Source: an uncultured Acidimicrobiia bacterium
GTDB taxonomy: Bacteria > Actinomycetota > Acidimicrobiia > Spongiisociales > ZC4RG35
Direction: 5' to 3'
Assembly: GCA_963744905.1 (NCBI GenBank)
Contig: CAVUUV010000010.1
Coordinates: forward strand, 31,916-95,915
DNA length: 64,000 bases
The translations under genes and the position numbers were made by a program. Shown one piece after another: positions 10,398 to 20,181 of the stretch (its first letter is position 1; every line of letters begins with the position of its first letter). Under the pieces are notes generated by a model. That model was not told the origin of the DNA, did no database searches, and saw only the letters and a list, made by a program, of their open reading frames with translations.

Positions 10398-11711
10398 CTA
10401 CCCCACCCGCACCAGGCCAAGTGGGTAGGTGGAAAGGGTTTCGGGGCCGTTCTCGGTCACCAGGACCTGCTCTTCCAGCTTGACCCCCTCGCCCCCGTCG
10501 CGGCGACCGACGAAGCTCTCCACACAAAGCACCATCCCGGGTTCGAGCACCCCGTCGTAGCCGATGTCGTCCCACTGGTCCCGGAAACAGACCCCGGGGT
10601 ACTCATCGCACAGGCCGACCCCGTGGTAGAGGATGGTGTAACGGCGGTAGGTATCGTGATCGGGGACGAATGCGTCCCAGGCGAGGTCCTTGAAGGCGGC
10701 GCCGGGTTGGAGGAGATCGGTATTGCGTCGGATCTGCTCGGCCGCCAACTCGAACACCTCGGACTGGTTGGCGTTGGGTGACCGATCTCCGCAGATCCAG
10801 GTGCGGGAGATGTCGACACACGCCCCGTAGCTCCCGATCAGATCGGTGTCGAAGGCCACCAGATCTCCCTCTTCGATGACCCGGCTGGAGCACTCCTGGT
10901 ACCAGGGGTTGGTGCGGGGCCCCGAAGTGAGAAGCCGGGTCTCGATCCATTCTCCGCCCCGGGCGATGGACTCGGCGTGGAGGTGCGACCAGAGACGCTG
11001 TTCGCTGATCCCGGGCTCCGCCCTGTCGTGCATCACCGACATGGCGGCCTCGGCGGCGGCGATGGCGCAGCGCATGGCCTTGATTTCCTCCGGGTGCTTG
11101 ATGACCCGGGCCAGCTCCATCACCTCTTCACCGTTGTGGACGCTGACCCCTCGAGCGGCCAGCGCCTCCACCCCCTCGGCGTTCATGCGGTCGCTGGCCA
11201 ATCGAAGGTTGTCGCCGCCGCTCTGGCGGACGAGATCGGCCACTTCGTCCGCCCAGCGCTGGGCCTGATCGGCGAACTTGGGTCCGGCTCCGAAGTAGTA
11301 CCAGGGAATGGCGGGCCGAACTTCATCGATCAGGGGAAGATGGTGGTTGAGGTGGGCGGCGGACGGGAACTCGAACATCACCACCGGACCCTGGGCGGGG
11401 ACGAAGCAGTAGCGGGCGGCGTTGTGGAGGACCCAGACCTGCATGTTGGTGCTGTCGGTGGCATAGCGAACGTTGAGCGGATCGAACAGCACGATCCCGG
11501 CATAGTCGAATCGAGCCAACTGTTCCCGCACCCGCTCGAGGCGATAACGCCGAATCACCTCCAGATCCGGCAACTCCAGACCCAGGGCCGCCCACTCGCT
11601 GAGAGCCGGCTCACCCGGACCGAGGACGTGCCAGTTCAGGGATGCAGCGCGGCCCTCCGGACCGATGCGGGCGCGATAGCGGTGACCCGTCACATGATCC
11701 CCGGTTCTCAT
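10398..11711 (-). CDS. dddP: DddP-like M24 metalloenzyme (candidate DMSP lyase)
   Basis: YATDSTNMQ, GGEWIETRLLTSGPRTNPWYQEC, FDTDLIGSYG.CVDISR, HGVGLCDEYP, KLEEQ as in DddP. Confidence 0.7.
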   Translation of the reverse strand: MRTGDHVTGHRYRARIGPEGRAASLNWHVLGPGEPALSEWAALGLELPDLEVIRRYRLERVREQLARFDYAGIVLFDPLNVRYATDSTNMQVWVLHNAARYCFVPAQGPVVMFEFPSAAHLNHHLPLIDEVRPAIPWYYFGAGPKFADQAQRWADEVADLVRQSGGDNLRLASDRMNAEGVEALAARGVSVHNGEEVMELARVIKHPEEIKAMRCAIAAAEAAMSVMHDRAEPGISEQRLWSHLHAESIARGGEWIETRLLTSGPRTNPWYQECSSRVIEEGDLVAFDTDLIGSYGACVDISRTWICGDRSPNANQSEVFELAAEQIRRNTDLLQPGAAFKDLAWDAFVPDHDTYRRYTILYHGVGLCDEYPGVCFRDQWDDIGYDGVLEPGMVLCVESFVGRRDGGEGVKLEEQVLVTENGPETLSTYPLGLVRVG

Positions 11712-11923
11712 CGAGTCCTCCCTACTCCTATACCCGTGGCCGTCGAGCCTAGGGCTCGTTCGAGCCCGCGCCACAGCTCCACTGTGACCATTCTCGGGCC
11801 ATCTCTCAATCCGACATAGCAACACGCCCATGCCTAGCTTCAGGTCGTGGCCTGATCGGGGGAGTCCAAAGACACCAGTTCCTCCATCAGGTTGTACATG
11901 CAAGCGACCGAAAGGAGGGTGCG

Positions 11924-12607
11924 ATGCCCGCACCCAATCGCAAACGGCTCATCGCCTTCGTGGTGGCTCTGGCGGTCTTGATCGCCACACCGCTGACGGT
12001 GGTAGCGGCCGCAGGGTTCACCGACGTGTCAGACTCCAACGTCTTCACGGCGGACATCCAATGGCTGTCCGACGCCGGTGTAACCAAGGGCTGTAACCCG
12101 CCCGCCAACACCGAATTCTGCCCGAGCGACAACGTGACGCGCGAGCAGATGGCGGCGTTCATGCACCGTTTCGCCGAGTACATGGGCGCAGCAGACGGCA
12201 CGCCGGCCCAGGCCGACAACGCCTCAACTGTCAACGGTGTCTCGGTGGAGCACTTCTTCCACCAGGCAGCGCCCAACACGACCGACGAGGTCATCGGGAC
12301 CTATGGTCCCGTCACCCTCAAGGCAAGCTGCGACGGGAGCGGCGTTCCCACCCTTCGAGCCAGCTGGGACGAGACTGTGAATCGGATGACCTTCAACGGT
12401 TCCGGCGCCGCCCTCACAGGCGACGCAACAGTCAACGCCAACCAAACGATCAGCATCGGGAGTGGCACCAACGGAACAGTTGGTACGACCGATGCGGTTG
12501 GATATGACTCCCACACCCAAACCCAGATCCAGTTCTTCTTGCGAGACGCTCCGGCTCTGGGCGACAACATGTGCTTCTTCTCGGGTTACGTGACAGTCGG
12601 CGGATGA
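11924..12607 (+). CDS. Secreted SLH-domain protein 1
   Basis: Signal peptide; FTDV...GVTKGCNPPANTEFCPSDNVTREQMAAFMHR; AGGAGG RBS. Confidence 0.85.
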   Translation: MPAPNRKRLIAFVVALAVLIATPLTVVAAAGFTDVSDSNVFTADIQWLSDAGVTKGCNPPANTEFCPSDNVTREQMAAFMHRFAEYMGAADGTPAQADNASTVNGVSVEHFFHQAAPNTTDEVIGTYGPVTLKASCDGSGVPTLRASWDETVNRMTFNGSGAALTGDATVNANQTISIGSGTNGTVGTTDAVGYDSHTQTQIQFFLRDAPALGDNMCFFSGYVTVGG

Positions 12608-12637
12608 CGACCGGCCTTTGAACCGAACAAGCACCTC

Positions 12638-12668
12638 GAGGTCCCCGGAGCTCAGCTCCGGGGACCTC
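12638..12668 (+). terminator. Hairpin after SLH gene 1
   Basis: Perfect 14-bp stem GAGGTCCCCGGAGC/GCTCCGGGGACCTC. Confidence 0.7.
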
Positions 12669-12918
12669 TCCATTGCAGCGGCAGGATTAGCCATCACAAG
12701 AAATCCAGGCAATTCCACGCATGCCGACACATAGTCAAGTAGGTTCTGTAGGACGTGTTCGGCATGGCCGAGAGTGGACCGACACGGACGTGCGGGGGAA
12801 TCGAAGCCCTCAGCGGTGAGTCTCAGATCACCGCGAGTCCGCTCCACCCAATGCCCCCTGCCGGGGACGTGAGTACAGGCGACTAAAACGGTCGCACGCC
12901 CGAATAGGAGGAGTACGG

Positions 12919-13791
12919 ATGCCCGCACCTCATCTCAAACGACGCTTGATCGCCTTCGTGGCGGCCCTGGCCATGCTGATCGTCACACCACTGGCGGTGG
13001 TGGCTTCGGACGTCTTCACCGACGTCCCCAGTACGAACACCTTCCACGACGACATCACGTGGCTGGCCAACGCCGGCGTTACGAAGGGCTGTAATCCGCC
13101 AGCCAACACCCTGTACTGCCCGTCAGACAACGTGACCCGTGAGCAGATGGCGGCCTTCATGCACCGCCTTGCCGTCAACAAGGTGGTGGATGCAGCCACC
13201 GCTCAGGAAGCAGACCACGCAGCGAGTGCGGACAGCGCAACTGACTCCAACAAGCTCGGCGGTGAAGGCCCGAGCGCATACTTGACTTATGTCAATGCCG
13301 ACGCGTGCTCATTTAGCGAGTGCACCGATTCCGCTGCGTTCGCAATAGCTTCGCAGGCGTCTGTGACCGTCAACCTGCGGGCCAGCGGCGTACTTGAAAT
13401 CGCAAGCAGCTTCACTGCATTCGGTAGTGGTGGTGGGACCAATGTCGTCCAGATGTGGGCCGCCATCGACCAGACACAGAATGGGGGCTGCGGATCATGG
13501 TTCTTTGCTCCCGGCCAAGCCGTACCCGGTTCCTTCGCGACCGAGGACAACAACAACGATGACGCCGCCTCGTTGGCGACCACAACAGCCGTAAACATCA
13601 GCGGTGGATCCCACACGATTCATCTTTGCGCAATCGGCGCCGACAATATCGATGCGACTGCTGCGTCGCTCGTGACCCAATGGTCGCAAGGTGGATCGGG
13701 GCTCGCATTGGCCTCGGCCGACTCTACCGCGACCTTCGACGCCGCGACACAAGCACGCTTCGAGGAGGACTTCGCTGGCGCCAACCAGTGA
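12919..13791 (+). CDS. Secreted SLH-domain protein 2
   Basis: Paralogous signal peptide and SLH (GVTKGCNPPANTLYCPSDNVTREQMAAFMHR); unrelated C-terminus. Confidence 0.85.
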   Translation: MPAPHLKRRLIAFVAALAMLIVTPLAVVASDVFTDVPSTNTFHDDITWLANAGVTKGCNPPANTLYCPSDNVTREQMAAFMHRLAVNKVVDAATAQEADHAASADSATDSNKLGGEGPSAYLTYVNADACSFSECTDSAAFAIASQASVTVNLRASGVLEIASSFTAFGSGGGTNVVQMWAAIDQTQNGGCGSWFFAPGQAVPGSFATEDNNNDDAASLATTTAVNISGGSHTIHLCAIGADNIDATAASLVTQWSQGGSGLALASADSTATFDAATQARFEEDFAGANQ

Positions 13792-13842
13792 GTTTCCGAC
13801 CGCTGCAGGCAGCAGAATCAAGATAGGCGAGACAGCGAGACA

Positions 13843-13875
13843 GACAGTCCCCCGGAGATGCTCCGGGGGACTGTC
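13843..13875 (+). terminator. Hairpin after SLH gene 2
   Basis: Perfect 15-bp stem GACAGTCCCCCGGAG/CTCCGGGGGACTGTC. Confidence 0.7.
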
Positions 13876-13899
13876 GTTCGGTGAGGCCGAGGCTCTCCC

Positions 13900-14025
13900 C
13901 AAGCCCTCGCCGCCGCCGGGATCACCAAAGGCTGCAACCCACCCGACAACACTAACTTCTGCCCCGAAGACCCCGTCACCCGCGGCCAAATGGCCGCCTT
14001 CCTCAACCGCGCCCTGGGGAAATGA
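13900..14025 (+). pseudogene. Orphan 3' fragment of an SLH-domain gene
   Basis: Reads QALAAAGITKGCNPPDNTNFCPEDPVTRGQMAAFLNRALGK*; in-frame TGA at 13882 and no upstream start. Confidence 0.8.
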
Positions 14026-14029
14026 CCGC

Positions 14030-15532
14030 CTAAACGGCCCCTTCGTTCTTCCGGGAGGCGCCGACGCGTGATCGCGCCGCCAGAACCCCGAGGGCGGCAC
14101 CGATTGCCAGGAGCATCACCCAGTTGCCCCAACGTACGAAGATCGTCTTGTAGCCGGGTCGGGCGTAGAGGATCCCATACAGCACCTCCTGGGTGCCGAG
14201 GCCCGTCTCCTCCCCCAACCTCCCACCATCGGTCACCAGGACCGACTTGCCGGTCACGGCGGCGTGGACCAGGTCCAGTCCGGTCTCGGCCGAGCGCATC
14301 CGGGTCATGGCGATGAACTGGTCCGAGGCCGGAGTGGTGCCGTAGCTGCCCTCGTTGGTGGCCACGACCAGGAGCCCTGCCCCGACCCTCACCTCCGATC
14401 GGATGTAGCGGGCAAAGCCTCCCTCGAATGAGATCACCGATCCGAGCCCGTAGTCACCCAGGTCGAACACCACCGGCCCCGAACCCGGGATCATGTCCCT
14501 GGGCACCTGGGCCAGGGCCGGAATCCAGTCGAAGAACGGCCGGGCCGGGATGTATTCGCCGAACGGGACCGGGTGGCGCTTGCGGTACTCGCCAACGATC
14601 TCGCCCTGAGGGCTGAACACCACGTTGGCGTTGATCCAGTGCTGCTCGTCCACCGGCCGGTCGCTTCCCACCAGCATCCAGGAGCCGATCCGGGCGGCCT
14701 GGGCACCGATGGCCTCGCCCACTTCGGGGTTGTTGATCGGATCGGCATTGGAGGCCCCGGTCGAACCCTCCGACCACACCACCAGGTCGACCGAACCCGG
14801 GGCGATCGTCTCGGTCAACGCCAGATGCTGCTGGTAGGTCTGAAAGCGCTCGTTGACACAGTGTTCGAATGGACAGGGGGTCGATCCCTGAACCAGGGCC
14901 ACCCGGACCGGGACCCCGGCGGGAAGGTCCTGGGCGGAGACACCTGCCGCCACCACCATTGCCACCAGTGCCAGAGGGACTGCCGCCACCAGCCATTCAC
15001 CCCTCCACCGCAGCGAGGCCAAACCGGCTGCCACCGCCATGACCAGAACGGTCCAGCCCGCCGTTCCGATCCAGCGGGCGGCGGCTCGAACCGCGGTGAG
15101 ATCGGACAGGGCATAGCCGAAGGCACCCCATTCGAACCCGCCCACCGGAAAGCGATAGCGCACGATCTCCACCAGTCCCCACAGACCGGCCGCCACCACC
15201 CACCACCAGCCGACCCCCACCGTGCGGGCCAGGCGAACGATCAACCCGGCGAACAGGGCCGGATACAGGGCCTGCACCACCACCAGCGGGATCACCGCCA
15301 CCAGTCCCAGGCTTCCCAACCACCAGATCAGCCCGCCATAGAAGGCCAACCCGAACAGGTACCCCGATAAAGCGCTCTTCCACGGACCCTTCTCCCGACG
15401 CAGGAAGGCCAGCCACACCATCGGGCCCACCACGATCAGCGGCCACCACCCAAAGGGCGGGAAGGCGAGCACGGCCAGACCGGCACCGATCAGGGCGGCA
15501 ACGAAGATCATGGGCCGGTAAGTGTGGCGCAT
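14030..15532 (-). CDS. lnt: Apolipoprotein N-acyltransferase
   Basis: TM N-terminus; VVWSE, YRKRHPVPFGEYIP, ISFE, TNE motifs (Ser at the usual ICFE/ICYE Cys); start 15532 or 15511. Confidence 0.85.
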   Translation of the reverse strand: MRHTYRPMIFVAALIGAGLAVLAFPPFGWWPLIVVGPMVWLAFLRREKGPWKSALSGYLFGLAFYGGLIWWLGSLGLVAVIPLVVVQALYPALFAGLIVRLARTVGVGWWWVVAAGLWGLVEIVRYRFPVGGFEWGAFGYALSDLTAVRAAARWIGTAGWTVLVMAVAAGLASLRWRGEWLVAAVPLALVAMVVAAGVSAQDLPAGVPVRVALVQGSTPCPFEHCVNERFQTYQQHLALTETIAPGSVDLVVWSEGSTGASNADPINNPEVGEAIGAQAARIGSWMLVGSDRPVDEQHWINANVVFSPQGEIVGEYRKRHPVPFGEYIPARPFFDWIPALAQVPRDMIPGSGPVVFDLGDYGLGSVISFEGGFARYIRSEVRVGAGLLVVATNEGSYGTTPASDQFIAMTRMRSAETGLDLVHAAVTGKSVLVTDGGRLGEETGLGTQEVLYGILYARPGYKTIFVRWGNWVMLLAIGAALGVLAARSRVGASRKNEGAV

Positions 15533-15577
15533 CCGGTACCGAACCTGCCACTCGAGCACCCCCATAGAGTGGAGCGC

Positions 15578-16369
15578 ATGCATCCAGATCTGCCGGTGGC
15601 CCTGGAGGCGGCGCGGGAGGGAGCCGCCGTGGTCCGGGAGGGCTTCTCGGGCGCCGCCGAGGTCCACATGAAGGGAGAGGTGAACCCGGTCACCGCCATC
15701 GACACCGACGCCGAGGATTCGGTGCGAGCCGTGCTCGGCCGGGAGAGGCCCGCCGACCAGGTCCTGGGAGAAGAAGAGGGCGGAACCGGCTGGGATGAAG
15801 GTCGAGTCTGGATCGTGGATCCACTCGATGGGACCGTCAACTTCGTCCATCACATGCCCCACGTGGCCGTGTCGGTGGCTCTGTGGGAGGACGGAGCCCC
15901 ACTGGTGGGCGTGGTGATCGACGTCATGCACGAGGAGGAATTCGCCGCAGTGGCGGGCCTGGGTTCTCTCCTCAACGGACAGCCGGTCAGGGTGTCCGGT
16001 CAGGACGACCTCGGTGAGGCGCTGGTCGTGACAGGATTTCCCTACGACCGGCGCCGGCGCGCCGACGACTATGCGACGGTGGTGGGCGCCGTCCTTGCCC
16101 GGGTGCAGGGCCTGAGGAGGTTGGGGTCCGCCGCCCTCGACTTCGCCTGGGTGGCGTGCGGCAGGTTCGACGCCTACTGGGAGTACGGGCTGGCCCCCTG
16201 GGATGCCGCCGCCGGGGTCCTCCTCGTCGAAGAGGCCGGGGGTCAGGTGGGCACGGTCACGGGCGCCAGGTTCGATCTCGACTCTCCGACGGTGGTAGCC
16301 AGCAACGGCCTCGTCCACGATGCCCTGGCCGGGGTGGTGCACGCCAGCCTGCCGGCGGATCTGCGATGA
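15578..16369 (+). CDS. suhB: Inositol monophosphatase family protein
   Basis: GEE, WIVDPLDGTVNF, GSAALD, WDAAAG motifs. Confidence 0.85.
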   Translation: MHPDLPVALEAAREGAAVVREGFSGAAEVHMKGEVNPVTAIDTDAEDSVRAVLGRERPADQVLGEEEGGTGWDEGRVWIVDPLDGTVNFVHHMPHVAVSVALWEDGAPLVGVVIDVMHEEEFAAVAGLGSLLNGQPVRVSGQDDLGEALVVTGFPYDRRRRADDYATVVGAVLARVQGLRRLGSAALDFAWVACGRFDAYWEYGLAPWDAAAGVLLVEEAGGQVGTVTGARFDLDSPTVVASNGLVHDALAGVVHASLPADLR

Positions 16370-17868
16370 CCCCCCACGCCCTCACCGCGGCCAGGGTGCT
16401 GGGCAGTTCCAGGCAGGGGGACTCGGTGGTGATCCAGGGGGGAAGGGTGGTGGAGGTCACCCATCGTTCCCGTCTGGGAGACATGGAATCGGTCGACTTG
16501 GCCGGGGCCACCATCGTTCCCGCCTTCGTCGACTCCCACATCCACCCGATCGGCTATGCCGCCCTGCTGGAGGGAACATCGCTCAAGGAGGCCTCGGATT
16601 TCGAGGACCTGACCGACCGCCTCCGCTCGGCGCGGGAGCGGATCCCCTCCGGCGGGGCCGTGGTGGCCCAGCGCCTGGATGACTCCCGTCTCGGGCGACT
16701 CCCCACCCGGGCGGACCTGGATCGAGCCGTTCCCGACCGCCCCCTCCTCGCCTATCGCTACTGCGGGCACATCGCAGTGGCCAACACCGCAGCACTGGAC
16801 CTGGCAGGTATCGGGCCCCACACGGCCGACCCCCGCGGGGGAAGCCTGGACCGGGATGACTCTGGAACCCCCACCGGAATTCTTCGGGAGACGGCGGTCG
16901 GATTGGTGGCGGAAGCCATCGACCCACTGCTTCCACCTCCGGAAGCAGAGGCGATCCTCAGGGCGATGAACGCCCTGGTCGCCACCGGGATGAGGCGGAT
17001 CGGAGCCATAGTCGCGGCGGGAGGGCCGCTCTGGTGTGGAGTCGGCAATGAGCTGGAAGCGTTGTGCGATCTGGCCGACGACCTACCCCTGGACGTGGAC
17101 GTGCTGGTCATCGCCGACACCCCCGAACAGCTCGATGGAGCCGCCGACAGGATCGTCTCAGCCGGAGGCCGGCTTCGTTTCAGGGGCTGGAAGGCGTTCG
17201 CCGACGGCAGCCTGGGGGGCCACACGGCGGCGATGTGGGAGCCCTTCGATGACGTCGACACCACCGGCACCCTGCGTCTCGACCCCGACGAGGCTGTGGC
17301 CATGGCCCGTCACGTGCTGGACCTGGGCGCCGAATCGGCCATCCACGCCATCGGTGACCGGGCCGTCGACGTGTGCCTGGACGTGTACCAGGAGCTGGTC
17401 GGAGAGGGATTCGATCCCACCCGAATGCGAATCGAGCACGCCTCGGTCGCCTCGGATGCGGCCATCGAGCGCATGGCGGACCTGGGAGTGGTGGCCTCGG
17501 TCCAGCCCGCCTTCCTCACCTCGGAGGCGGACTGGCTCCGTTCCCGGCTTGGAGAGAGAGCCCCCTACCGTTTCGCCACCATGCAGCGGGCCGGGGTGAG
17601 AATGATCGGCGGCTCGGATTGTCCGGTGGAGCGACCCGACCCGCTGGTCGGTATCGGTGCCGCCGTCAACCGGGAGGGCCTGAGTGACGATGAGCACCTC
17701 GACGTCGCCACCGCCCTGTCGCTGTTCGCCGCCCACGACCTGTCACCGGGCTCCCCCGCCGACCTGGTCGTCCTCGATGCCTCCCCCGACGACCCCTCCG
17801 CCACCATCCTCGCCGTCTACCACGACGGCCGGCCCCGCCAACTGACCCCGTTGCCCTGGCCGGGCTGA
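16366..17868 (+). CDS. Amidohydrolase (YtcJ-like)
   Basis: DSHIH, KAFADGSLG, HAIGDRA, RIEHAS, GSDCPV motifs; ATGA overlap with suhB. Confidence 0.85.
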   Translation: MTPHALTAARVLGSSRQGDSVVIQGGRVVEVTHRSRLGDMESVDLAGATIVPAFVDSHIHPIGYAALLEGTSLKEASDFEDLTDRLRSARERIPSGGAVVAQRLDDSRLGRLPTRADLDRAVPDRPLLAYRYCGHIAVANTAALDLAGIGPHTADPRGGSLDRDDSGTPTGILRETAVGLVAEAIDPLLPPPEAEAILRAMNALVATGMRRIGAIVAAGGPLWCGVGNELEALCDLADDLPLDVDVLVIADTPEQLDGAADRIVSAGGRLRFRGWKAFADGSLGGHTAAMWEPFDDVDTTGTLRLDPDEAVAMARHVLDLGAESAIHAIGDRAVDVCLDVYQELVGEGFDPTRMRIEHASVASDAAIERMADLGVVASVQPAFLTSEADWLRSRLGERAPYRFATMQRAGVRMIGGSDCPVERPDPLVGIGAAVNREGLSDDEHLDVATALSLFAAHDLSPGSPADLVVLDASPDDPSATILAVYHDGRPRQLTPLPWPG

Positions 17869-17941
17869 TTCGGCGTTTTTATCAGCGAAACGGGCCCCTG
17901 GAGGTCCCGTTTTGTAGGGGAGAATGCTGCGCCGGCTGTCG

Positions 17942-18172
17942 CTAGGAGCGCAGATGAGGGGCGATGTCGCTCTCGTAGTCGGCGTGACGCCCCAGCTCCT
18001 TCTTGGAAAAGATCCGCTCACCGTCGACCTCCACCTCGAAGACCCCGCCCGACGAGGGGATGAGATCCACCCGAAACGCTTGACCGAACTCGTCGAATAT
18101 CGCCTCCGCCGTGCTCACGGCACGGCTGGTGTAGTTTCAGGACCGGCAGAATTCGATGGTGATGGCTCGCAT
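17942..18172 (-). CDS. Rdx-family (SelW/SelT/SelH-like) selenoprotein, 76 aa, Sec12
   Basis: Manual translation MRAITIEFCRS-U-NYTSRAV...LIPSSGGVFEVEVDGERIFSKKELGRH...; in-frame TGA at 18137-18139 forms CxxU. Confidence 0.88.
18108..18126 (-). promoter_or_regulatory. Candidate bacterial SECIS hairpin
   Basis: GCCGUGC-CGUGA-GCACGGC stem-loop starting 10 nt after the UGA; G in the apical loop. Confidence 0.65.
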
Positions 18173-18228
18173 GGCCCGACCAGGGTACCCGGGTTGCACT
18201 AACCGCCCCCACCCAGGATCCTTACGAG

Positions 18229-20181
18229 ATGCACTTCGCCTCCACCGCCGAAGAGGTCGCCGCCATCACCGATGAGGCGCTGACCCAATCCGACACACTC
18301 ATCGACCAAGTGGTCAACGCACCGGACCGCACCTGGGACACGACGATGCGACCCCTCGACGACGTGGCCGGCCTCCTCGGCCGCGCCTTCGGCCGAGCCG
18401 CCTTCATGGGGTACGTACACACCGACGAGACGGTCCGGACCGCCGGACGTCAGGCCGAGGCCCGCATGCAGCAGTGGGCCGTGGAATTGATCTTCCGCGA
18501 CGACCTGTATCGAGCCGTGAGCGACTACGCCGCCACGGACGAGGCCGCTTCCCTGGAGGGAGAGCGGGCCAGATTCCTCGACTTTTCCCGCCGCGACCTG
18601 CGCAGGGCCGGTCATGAGCTCGATCCCGAGACCCGGGCAGAAGTGAAACGGCTCACTCAGAGACTGGTCGAGCTCGGGGTCGCATTCGAGTCGAACATCG
18701 CCGAGTTCGAGGACGGTCTCACCCTGACTCGTGAGGACCTGGCAGGACTGCCCGATTCCTACATCGAGGGCCTGGCGCCCGGTGAGGAAGAGGGAACCCT
18801 CGAAGTGACCATGGCCTACCCCGACGTAGTCCCCTTCCTGGACCAGGCCGAGCGACGCGATCTGCGCCAGGAGCTCGCCTTCAAGTTCAACAACCGGGCC
18901 ATGCCGGAAAACCGTGAGATCCTGGCCGAGGCGGTGGCCCTCCGGGCCCGCATCGCCGAACTGTTCGGTCAGGCTTCATGGGCCCATCACCAGCTCGAGG
19001 AGCAAATGGCCCGCCACCCCGAAGCGGTTGAGACCTTCTACGACAAACTCGTCCCACCCCTTACCGCCGCCGGCCGCGACGAGATCGCCGTCATGACGAA
19101 GATGCTGGCCGCCGACACCGGGGATCCCGACGCCGTGCTTCAGCCCTGGGACTGGCGCTTCTATCACACCAAGCTTCGACGGGAGAGACACGGAGTCGAC
19201 CCCAACGAGGTAGCCGAGTATTTCCCTCTCGAATCCGTCCTGGCCGGCCTGTTCGACATCACCGGAGACGTGTTCGGGCTGGCCTATGAGCCGGCTCAGG
19301 TGGAGGCCTGGCATCCCGACGTCCGCTCGTTCCACGTCCGCGACCGCGCCGATGGCCGATTCATCGCCACCTTCCACATGGACCTCTTTCCCCGGGAAGG
19401 CAAGTTCAGCCACGCCGCCGCCTTCCCCCTGGTGCCGGGAAGGCGCAACTCCGACGGCTCCTACCAAAACCCGGTGTCGGCCATCGTCGCCAACTTCACC
19501 AAGCCGTCGAAGGACCGTCCCTCACTTCTGAAACACGACGAGGTCGAGACCCTCTTCCACGAGTTCGGGCATATCCTCCACCAGGTCTTGACCACGGCGG
19601 ACCTGGTCAGGTTCTCGGGCTCCTCCACGGAAAGGGACTTCGTCGAGGCGCCGTCACAGATCATGGAACACTGGACCTGGCGTCCCGACGTCCTGGCCAC
19701 GTTCGCTCACCACTATCAGACCGGCGAGCCCTTCCCGGAGGACCTGTTGGCGGCGATGGTGGCAGCGCGAAACCTCAACATCGCACTCCTCACCCTGCGC
19801 CAACTCCAGTTCGGCAAACTCGATCTGGCCCTTCATGGTCCCGGAGCCGCCCGAGCCGACCTGGACCAGATCCACCGCTCCACAACCGAGGTAGCGCTGC
19901 TGCCGTTGCACGAAGGCACCTTCTTCCCCGCCAGCTTCGGCCACCTGCTGAGCGGATACGACGCCGGCTACTACGGGTACCTGTGGTCGGAGGTCTACGG
20001 CGACGACATGTTCAGCCGCTTCGAGCTGGAAGGGGTGACCGACCCCGCCGTGGGAGCCGAATACCGGACCAAGATCCTCGAAGCGGGAGGAACCCGCGAC
20101 GGCATGGACCTGCTGCGTGACTTCCTGGGCCGCGAGCCATCGAACGAGGCCTTCCTCCGCAAGCTGGGCCTGGCCGACTGA
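18229..20181 (+). CDS. M3 family metallopeptidase (thimet oligopeptidase-like)
   Basis: DLFPREGKFSHAA, FHEFGH, DFVEAPSQ, YDAGYYGYLW motifs. Confidence 0.92.
   Translation: MHFASTAEEVAAITDEALTQSDTLIDQVVNAPDRTWDTTMRPLDDVAGLLGRAFGRAAFMGYVHTDETVRTAGRQAEARMQQWAVELIFRDDLYRAVSDYAATDEAASLEGERARFLDFSRRDLRRAGHELDPETRAEVKRLTQRLVELGVAFESNIAEFEDGLTLTREDLAGLPDSYIEGLAPGEEEGTLEVTMAYPDVVPFLDQAERRDLRQELAFKFNNRAMPENREILAEAVALRARIAELFGQASWAHHQLEEQMARHPEAVETFYDKLVPPLTAAGRDEIAVMTKMLAADTGDPDAVLQPWDWRFYHTKLRRERHGVDPNEVAEYFPLESVLAGLFDITGDVFGLAYEPAQVEAWHPDVRSFHVRDRADGRFIATFHMDLFPREGKFSHAAAFPLVPGRRNSDGSYQNPVSAIVANFTKPSKDRPSLLKHDEVETLFHEFGHILHQVLTTADLVRFSGSSTERDFVEAPSQIMEHWTWRPDVLATFAHHYQTGEPFPEDLLAAMVAARNLNIALLTLRQLQFGKLDLALHGPGAARADLDQIHRSTTEVALLPLHEGTFFPASFGHLLSGYDAGYYGYLWSEVYGDDMFSRFELEGVTDPAVGAEYRTKILEAGGTRDGMDLLRDFLGREPSNEAFLRKLGLAD

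Noticed and set aside
17924-18202. 92-aa plus-strand ORF in the track
   Set aside because: Antisense shadow of the minus-strand selenoprotein gene; no family motifs
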